A stretch of DNA of 64,000 bases from a virus. Taxonomy: Duplodnaviria; Caudoviricetes. A program made the translations under genes and the position numbers. Numbering within the stretch: the first letter of the stretch is position 1; every line of letters starts with the position of its first letter. Shown here one piece after another: positions 57,750 through 64,000 of this stretch. The stretch is from the IMG/VR virus record IMGVR_UViG_2671180604_000001, positions 1-64,000 of that record. One strand, 5' to 3'. The notes below the pieces were generated by a model that searched no databases, had not been told where the DNA came from, and saw only the letters and a program-made list of their open reading frames with translations.

Positions 57750-60578
57750 ATGAAGAAGATCGATAATATTTCCAAATATACGGATGTTTTGGCTGCTATT
57801 GATTCAATGGTTACAGCATTAGGCAATCAAGTCATTGTTGAGTGGGATGGTGAACAGGAGAGTAAAATATATCAGGAATATTTAGATAATCTTGATCAAT
57901 ATGATGGTAAATCAATTACAGCATCAAAGGCTTATTTTAATGAGCATTTAAATGGAAAGTTGATTAAAACCAAAATTGGTTTAGTTCGTATTAACTCTAA
58001 ATCTCGTGGAAAAATTCATGACCGTATGCGAGATGCAAAGTATCTTGCATTACCTTATATTCCAGAAGTTTTGATGACGGGTGATGTAAGTGATTTAGTA
58101 CCGCTAAATAAAGATCGTGATGATAGTGCGGTAGGTTACTATGTATTTAATAAATTAAAGGAATTGGAAAATTACAGTCTGAATATTACATTAAAAGTGG
58201 CTTTGGATTCTGATGGGAATTTATTGTATTACTTAGGAGCAGCAAAAGAAAAAGCCAACTTACGGACTGTCTCACAGGTCATTAACCCCACAGGCTCTAA
58301 AGCTGGCTTTGATTCTATTGAATCATATGATGATGATGAAATCAATCTATATGTACAAGTTTTAGACAAAAACGGTAATGTACTGGCAGAGGATGATGCT
58401 GAAAAATTAATATGGGGAGATAGTCCAAAAGCTGCATCTTTAATTCTTAAAGGCAGATTAAACAACGTCAAAACAGCTAAAGGCACTAAGGTATCAACAG
58501 TATTTGCAGTATTGGAAGTTGATAAGGTTATTGCCTCACATACTGCAACTGGCAGCGAAAATCCTAATTATCCTCAAGAACTACAACCACGAGATCGTAG
58601 TCGAGAGTCTTCTCAAGCGTGGGTGCAAAAAACTTCAAATACTTTAGATCCAGAAAGCTTGGGACGTTCAGGTCGTGCAGATACGGGTGCGCCTATTGTC
58701 GGTGATGATTTGGTAGTTGAGTCTGGTAATGGCCGTACTATGGCAATCCAGCTTGCATATGAGCGCGGAAATGCTGATGAGTACAAAGAATGGTTGATTG
58801 ATGAAGCAGAATATTTTGGCTTTAGTGCGGATCAAATCAACCAATTTAAACAGCCTATCCTTGTGCGTATTCGTACCTCTGAAATTGATCGTATTCAATT
58901 CACAGTAGAAGCCAATCAAGATGATAAGTTGTCCTTTAGTGCTACTGAACGAGCAAAAACAGATGCAAGACGATTAGATGAGAACCTATTGTCACTGTTT
59001 ACACCTGGTGAAGATGGCGACCTAATCACTGCAAGTAATCAGAAGTTTATCCAAGGATTTTTAAAGTCTTTAGGTGAAACGGAAGCAGCTCAATATATCG
59101 GGACAGATGGAAAGCCAACACAAGCATTAGTCACACGTATGAAAGCTGCAATATTCAGCAAAGCTTATAATGATGACCGACTTCTTGAAATGATGGCAGA
59201 CCAAACAAAACCAGACTTGCAAAATATGCTAAATGCACTGGGAGCAGCTGCTCCAAAATTTATTGAAGCGCAATCTGTCAGCCGTGGTGACGTGCAGGAT
59301 GTATCAAGTTCTATCGTTGATGGTATTGAGCAAGCACTTGATAAGCGAGTGACAAATGCAATTATTGATGCAGCGAATACGATCTTGGCAGCAAAGCAAA
59401 ATGATCAAGATATTGTTGAATTTGTAAAACAACAGGGGTTATTTGGTGATCTAGGCGAAGGCGTGCCAGAGCTTGCAGTATTCTTATCTAAGAATAGTCG
59501 CAGCGCCAAAAAGATGAGTTTGCTATTCAAAGCAATGGCAGAGTTTGCAGAAAAAGAAGCGATTGATGGGAAAAACATGGGGCTTTTTGGTGAACCTGAA
59601 CCTGTCAACATCAAAGATGCAATCAATTACGCCGTGAAAGTGATTGAGGATAATTATGGTGATAATGCCAATCTGAGCATGTTTGATTCTATTGATTCAC
59701 TTACGACAATAGATGAAAAAGCACATGATGCAGCTACATCACCTCATAATGATTTAGACTTTCCAACAGCAGAACAAAAGCAAACTGGTGAATACCCAAA
59801 AGGGCAATTATCAATTGGTGATTTACAGATTGCAATTGAGAATCCAGCAGGTTCAACGCGCTCTGGTGTTGACCCCAATGGAAATGATTGGGAAATCAAA
59901 CTTTGTCATCATTATGGATACATAGAGAATACTACTGGTGCCGATGGTGACGAAATTGATGTATTTGTTAAGAATCATCTAGAGCATGTACCAGAGTTCG
60001 CTTATATCATCAATCAGCTAAATTTAGATGGTACTTTTGACGAACAGAAAGTGATTTTAGGAGCTGAGACAGAAGAAGAAGCCAAAGCGATCTATATGTC
60101 TAATTATTCTGAGAGGTGGCAGGGTTTTGGCGGAATCAAAAAGATTTCAATGAAGGAACTACTTACTAAGATTCAGCATACGTGGTCTGAGTTTGATTCT
60201 TGGGTAATGGATGGAAATTATGAGCATATTCCAGTTGATAAAATCAATATGGAAAATGCCCCTAAGATTCATGAAAGTAATATTAGTAAAGAAGATCCAA
60301 TTGTAGTAATAGAAAAGAATGGGACATACTTTCTTGTTGCTGGCTTAGAACGCATTGCGTTTGCAAAACAAAGAAGTGAAAAACTCATTCCAGCGATCAT
60401 TTTTGATGATAAAGAAGTGAAAACATCAATTATTCAAAAAGCTATTAAAAAAGCAGGTTCAAGCGTGGACCCTGTTGCATTGGCTGCGCTTATTGTTGAT
60501 GAATTAGATAAAAGTGTATTGAAAGAATTCGATGATATTTCAAATACAGTATTAGACTTCCTACATAGATTTGAGTGA
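57750..60578 (+). CDS. ddrB: DdrB-like polyvalent protein (LPD3-like, ddrB-ParB, inorganic-pyrophosphatase-like and ParB-like domains)
   Basis: NPNYPQELQPRDR, GAPIVG..VESGNGRT and NSRSAKKM (P1 DdrB); IENPAGSTRSG..YGYI..T.GADGDEIDVFV..FDEQKV (InPase). Confidence 0.85.
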   Translation: MKKIDNISKYTDVLAAIDSMVTALGNQVIVEWDGEQESKIYQEYLDNLDQYDGKSITASKAYFNEHLNGKLIKTKIGLVRINSKSRGKIHDRMRDAKYLALPYIPEVLMTGDVSDLVPLNKDRDDSAVGYYVFNKLKELENYSLNITLKVALDSDGNLLYYLGAAKEKANLRTVSQVINPTGSKAGFDSIESYDDDEINLYVQVLDKNGNVLAEDDAEKLIWGDSPKAASLILKGRLNNVKTAKGTKVSTVFAVLEVDKVIASHTATGSENPNYPQELQPRDRSRESSQAWVQKTSNTLDPESLGRSGRADTGAPIVGDDLVVESGNGRTMAIQLAYERGNADEYKEWLIDEAEYFGFSADQINQFKQPILVRIRTSEIDRIQFTVEANQDDKLSFSATERAKTDARRLDENLLSLFTPGEDGDLITASNQKFIQGFLKSLGETEAAQYIGTDGKPTQALVTRMKAAIFSKAYNDDRLLEMMADQTKPDLQNMLNALGAAAPKFIEAQSVSRGDVQDVSSSIVDGIEQALDKRVTNAIIDAANTILAAKQNDQDIVEFVKQQGLFGDLGEGVPELAVFLSKNSRSAKKMSLLFKAMAEFAEKEAIDGKNMGLFGEPEPVNIKDAINYAVKVIEDNYGDNANLSMFDSIDSLTTIDEKAHDAATSPHNDLDFPTAEQKQTGEYPKGQLSIGDLQIAIENPAGSTRSGVDPNGNDWEIKLCHHYGYIENTTGADGDEIDVFVKNHLEHVPEFAYIINQLNLDGTFDEQKVILGAETEEEAKAIYMSNYSERWQGFGGIKKISMKELLTKIQHTWSEFDSWVMDGNYEHIPVDKINMENAPKIHESNISKEDPIVVIEKNGTYFLVAGLERIAFAKQRSEKLIPAIIFDDKEVKTSIIQKAIKKAGSSVDPVALAALIVDELDKSVLKEFDDISNTVLDFLHRFE

Positions 60579-60604
60579 TCAAAAAATATTGTAGCAATCT
60601 TCAT

Positions 60605-60656
60605 TATGTTTTAGATCAACATTGGGGGGATTTCTCCCATGTTGATCTAAAACATA
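60605..60656. terminator. Long hairpin after ddrB
   Basis: Perfect 18-bp arms TATGTTTTAGATCAACAT / ATGTTGATCTAAAACATA, plus an inner G/C stem. Confidence 0.6.
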
Positions 60657-60745
60657 CTTATTATAGCTAAATATTATTTAAAATATTGAATTGAAACAAT
60701 ATGTTCTGATATATTCTTGATGTATGTAAATAGGTTAAATTTTTT

Positions 60746-61909
60746 ATGAAATTAATGTCGAGAAAACAAAGGAAATATTTTAAAAATATTCGCCATTATC
60801 GTTTCTTAGCTATTCAAAAGCCAAATAAACAAAAAAGAAGAGAAAGAGATGTATCAAAAGCTAGAAAAAAAAGAAATAAGCTGAAACTAGCTTCTGAACG
60901 TATTAATATTTATTTAAAAATGCCTACAAATGTAACGATTATCACGAGAAAAATACGTGGTGAGTTGATTAAAATTACAAGAAGGTTTAGAGAGTTTTAT
61001 CATCGTACTAATATTTGCCTGAATTTAGATTTTTCAGATACCAAGAAGATGTTTGCTGATGGCACTCTATACTTCTTAGCAGAACTTGACTCATTAATTA
61101 TTCTGAATAAAGACATTACTTTTAAAATCACATTTTCTAATGAAAAAATTGTAAATCAAGTTCTTGAACAAACAGGAATTCTTAAACTATTAAATAAAAA
61201 AATGAAATTTGATGATGAAGAGTTTGACGATACTGTGAAGTATTGGAATTATGCTTCTGGACACAATTCTGAAATTGATTCAGCAGATTCTATGTTAGAT
61301 GATTTCGATCAAATTCTTGCTTCTACAACGAGTCGAGATGTATTTACTGTATTAACTGAAGCTTTAACTAATTGTCATCAACATGCTTATATTGAAAAAC
61401 GTTTTCCAACTGCTCCAAAATCAATAAAAAAATGGTGGCTCTTTTCTGAGATTAGAGAAGATAAGTTAACAGTATGTGTATGTGATTTAGGGGTGGGGAT
61501 TCCTAACTCTTTAAAAGTTGACTCACCAGACGTACAGCAAAATTGGTTTCAGGTACTCAAAGATTTCTTAGCTAAACATAAAGTTAAGAATGATTTTGAT
61601 GGAGCAGCAATCAAGGCAGCTATTGAAATTTCTAATACAAGGACCAATTTACCAAATAGAGGTAAAGGGCTTAATCAGATCATCAACAAAGTTAATACAA
61701 TTAGTGACGAAAAGGTGTCTGTGGCAATTTACAGCAATAAAGGTTCCTATATAATTAATAGAGGACTTGTGACAGACTTGGAAAAAACAGGTATTGTTGA
61801 CGGAATTTCTATTCCGTACAAGGAATCTATTGAAGGTACGTTAATTGTTTGGAGTATACCTTTAGATAAGCAACCAAATAACCAAGATTTGGTGGTGTCA
61901 GATGAGTAA
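60746..61909 (+). CDS. STAS-like domain fused to a GHKL (RsbW/histidine-kinase-like) ATPase
   Basis: LNLDFSDTKKMFADG (STAS-like); N-box EALTNCHQHAY, G1 DLGVGI, G2 RGKGL, GT; Lys/Arg-rich N-terminus. Confidence 0.8.
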   Translation: MKLMSRKQRKYFKNIRHYRFLAIQKPNKQKRRERDVSKARKKRNKLKLASERINIYLKMPTNVTIITRKIRGELIKITRRFREFYHRTNICLNLDFSDTKKMFADGTLYFLAELDSLIILNKDITFKITFSNEKIVNQVLEQTGILKLLNKKMKFDDEEFDDTVKYWNYASGHNSEIDSADSMLDDFDQILASTTSRDVFTVLTEALTNCHQHAYIEKRFPTAPKSIKKWWLFSEIREDKLTVCVCDLGVGIPNSLKVDSPDVQQNWFQVLKDFLAKHKVKNDFDGAAIKAAIEISNTRTNLPNRGKGLNQIINKVNTISDEKVSVAIYSNKGSYIINRGLVTDLEKTGIVDGISIPYKESIEGTLIVWSIPLDKQPNNQDLVVSDE

Positions 61910-62240
61910 AAATGTAATGAAAATCAATGTAGCATCAGATTTCTCGAAGAATCCGTCTGGGCGTTATATTTTAGATGGTAAAACATCTGGCGAAGCATTT
62001 TTAAAAAATGTTTTGTTACCTGCCGTGAAAACGCATGATTTTGTCGAAATAAATTTTGATGGTGTACGTGGATATGGTTCATCCTTTCTAGAAGAGGCGT
62101 TCGGTGGTTTTATTCGTGAAACCAAGATGTCTGTTGCAGATTTTTTTAAGAAAATTAAAATTATTTCTCAAGACCCTTTTTTATTAATCGAAATTAAGGA
62201 ATATCTTGAGGATGAGTCTAAAAGGATATTGTCTGCTTAA
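61902..62240 (+). CDS. STAS-like DUF4325-type protein
   Basis: GRY..DG..SGEAF...INFDGVRGYGSSFLEEAFGG. Confidence 0.8.
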   Translation: MSKNVMKINVASDFSKNPSGRYILDGKTSGEAFLKNVLLPAVKTHDFVEINFDGVRGYGSSFLEEAFGGFIRETKMSVADFFKKIKIISQDPFLLIEIKEYLEDESKRILSA

Positions 62241-62704
62241 TGGCTCCTTGGATTAAAGACTCTATATTACCTTTTCTACCTTCACTACTCACTATCTTAG
62301 GGTGGTGGATAGTTGGTAGAAGGGATGGTATTGGTAAGAAAAAAGAAGCCCATAATCGAAGAGTAAACTTAGCTATTGAGCAGTCTCAAAAAATTTATGA
62401 ATCTGCAAAAAAATTCTATCTTTTATCTGGTTCAGCTCCAGAAGCTTCTGCGTTAGAAGATATGTTAAATTGCGACTTTAGAAGACTGAGCACGATCCTT
62501 GGTCTTGTAAACAAAAGCTTAATTTCTGAAAATCAAAAGCAATCGATAGGTAATTCATTCATCGAATATAAAAAAGTAGTTACTGGTGGGCAATTTGGTA
62601 CAAGATCTAGAAATGCATACCCCTTGAACCATCTGCTTTTTGTAGAAATAGATAATACTTATAATGATTTTTTTCTAGAACTTGAAAAAATTATGCAGAT
62701 TTAG
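62240..62704 (+). CDS. Membrane-anchored helical protein (putative effector)
   Basis: N-terminal TM SILPFLPSLLTILGWWIV; 1-bp overlap with the STAS gene. Confidence 0.7.
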   Translation: MAPWIKDSILPFLPSLLTILGWWIVGRRDGIGKKKEAHNRRVNLAIEQSQKIYESAKKFYLLSGSAPEASALEDMLNCDFRRLSTILGLVNKSLISENQKQSIGNSFIEYKKVVTGGQFGTRSRNAYPLNHLLFVEIDNTYNDFFLELEKIMQI

Positions 62705-62714
62705 TGATTATCAT

Positions 62715-62778
62715 TGGAACTCAGAAATAGTTCACTTTTAAAATATTTAAAATAGCTCTATTAACCTAGGGCTATTTT
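62715..62778 (+). promoter_or_regulatory. Late-promoter-like element plus RBS-covering hairpin
   Basis: TGGAAC 62715, AAAAT 62749; AAAATAGCTCTA / TAGGGCTATTTT. Confidence 0.75.
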
Positions 62779-62784
62779 CATTTC

Positions 62785-63624
62785 ATGGCAGACTTATCAA
62801 GAGCTCAGGCAGCAAATGCAGATCAAACAACTCAACCGATGGATTATAGCTCTGATCCATTTTGGGGTTATGTTTCCAAACATAAATTCGCTGAATTTAA
62901 TCTGTGTACTATGGGCCGTAATCCTGATAACAACGAGCCATTTTTTTCATATGATACTTCTCAACCAACCATTCGAGCATTTCTAACAGACGGTGATATT
63001 AGTTTTGAAAGTCAGTGGCAAACGCCGTTTGAGAACTCTAATCCTGAATTGAAAATGCCAATGATGATGGCTGCTCTACAAACTGGGCAAGCTTTGGCTT
63101 CAGGTGGTGCTGCTGGTACAGCGATTCGTAACAATTTTGGTGATGCAACAGCTGATCTGATTAGCAAAGGATTTCAACCATTAGCTGAATTTGCAAAAGG
63201 TGTTGAAGGAAAAACTAATCTTAATAAAGTCAACACAACTCAAGTCTTTCTTTCTACAGCTTCAGTTCATCTTAACTTAAGTGTTTTCTTTATCGCATTA
63301 AAAGATGCACGAGCAGAGGTGGAGAATAAGTTGATGTATCTACAGTCTTGGTCATTACCAACAAAATTATCTCAAGGGACTGTTCTGACAGATTTAATTT
63401 CAGAGGGTGGAGACGGTTTATTTTCAGGGCTAATTCCTCCCTACATCACTGTCACCACACACGGCAAAACTTATATCCCTTTTATTCTTCAAAGTGTTTC
63501 AGCACCTATTGTCACACCTATTGATAAAGATGGTAATCGACTCAGCCTAACTGTGAATTTAAGTCTCATTAGTCGAACAGCTTGGGATGCTCAAGATGTT
63601 CGTAATTTATATACAGTCAAATAA
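62785..63624 (+). CDS. P1-like baseplate/tail tube initiator protein
   Basis: ESQWQTPFEN...P.ILQSVSAPI..P.DKDG.RL. Confidence 0.6.
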   Translation: MADLSRAQAANADQTTQPMDYSSDPFWGYVSKHKFAEFNLCTMGRNPDNNEPFFSYDTSQPTIRAFLTDGDISFESQWQTPFENSNPELKMPMMMAALQTGQALASGGAAGTAIRNNFGDATADLISKGFQPLAEFAKGVEGKTNLNKVNTTQVFLSTASVHLNLSVFFIALKDARAEVENKLMYLQSWSLPTKLSQGTVLTDLISEGGDGLFSGLIPPYITVTTHGKTYIPFILQSVSAPIVTPIDKDGNRLSLTVNLSLISRTAWDAQDVRNLYTVK

Positions 63625-63634
63625 AGGACAGAAA

Positions 63635-64000
63635 ATGCTAAATTTTGATCCTATTCCTATTGGTGAAAATACTTATCAATTAAATGAAGTCACATTCAAT
63701 GAAGCGTTAAAAGTCGCAGCAATTGATCATAAATTAAATGAAAAGCGGATAACCTCATTTTTAGGTCATGCTTTGGGTAATTTTCAATTGCCATTAACAA
63801 TGTCTGCTCAAGAACGTTATTTCCTAATGATCAAGTATGTTCAAAACCAAACAAATACGTTGTTTTCGACCGATACAGATTTATCAAATTGCTTTAAAGA
63901 GCAAGTGGGTTGGAAATCTGAAGTTTCCGATGTCGGTGTAACTGTGCGTCAAGTGAATGGTAAGGAGACTGAATATTTAGAAGAACACTGTATGAATGCA
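63635..64000 (+). CDS. Phage tail/baseplate assembly protein (partial, runs off the window)
   Basis: AAGGA RBS; open frame MLNFDPIPIGENTYQLNEVTFNEALKVA... to the window end. Confidence 0.65.
   Translation, partial: MLNFDPIPIGENTYQLNEVTFNEALKVAAIDHKLNEKRITSFLGHALGNFQLPLTMSAQERYFLMIKYVQNQTNTLFSTDTDLSNCFKEQVGWKSEVSDVGVTVRQVNGKETEYLEEHCMNA

Larger units (their letters stand above)
1..64000. mobile_element. Temperate phage/prophage, partial at both ends: lambdoid early region plus P1-like contractile-tail virion genes
   Basis: Continuous phage gene content from the excisionase at the left edge to baseplate genes running off the right edge; no host housekeeping genes. Confidence 0.95.

Noticed and set aside
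1-64000. tRNA/rRNA genes, IS elements, att sites
   Set aside because: None recognised by eye; prophage ends lie outside the window, and a tRNAscan/ISEScan run would be needed to exclude them

Overview
The whole AT-rich window is part of one large temperate phage or prophage. The host is probably Acinetobacter, inferred from composition and gene content. The genome is a chimera. The left ~18 kb is a lambdoid early region: excisionase, Sak4-like recombinase, cI/cro with TACC-N5-GGTA operators, an O-type initiator with internal iterons, a C5 DNA methylase, RusA and a terminase-small-subunit-like gene. The remainder is a P1-like myovirus morphogenesis set: tape measure/lysozyme, baseplate, Pro protease, intein-containing large terminase, capsid, split sheath, tubes, portal and Hdf/DarA/DdrB. 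AT-rich morons sit between the operons: an IetAS-like ATPase/subtilase pair, an LprI-type lysozyme inhibitor, membrane proteins with Pro-rich micro-ORFs, a hydrolase/SDR/AraC cassette, a secreted protein, an RHH protein, an SGNH hydrolase and a GHKL kinase/STAS/membrane-protein triplet. Reading the DNA directly shows five further patterns: (i) a late-promoter-like motif, TGGAAC-N28-30-A(A/T/G)AAT, present about 14 times, whose -10 box often lies in the left arm of a hairpin covering the RBS or start codon; (ii) an F-D-S motif concentrated in head proteins and at DdrB domain boundaries; (iii) ~11-bp-phased GTCAA repeats inside the small terminase gene; (iv) direct-repeat scars bounding two morons; (v) a divergent Tad1-like protein. 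All family assignments come from motif recognition by eye, not database searches.
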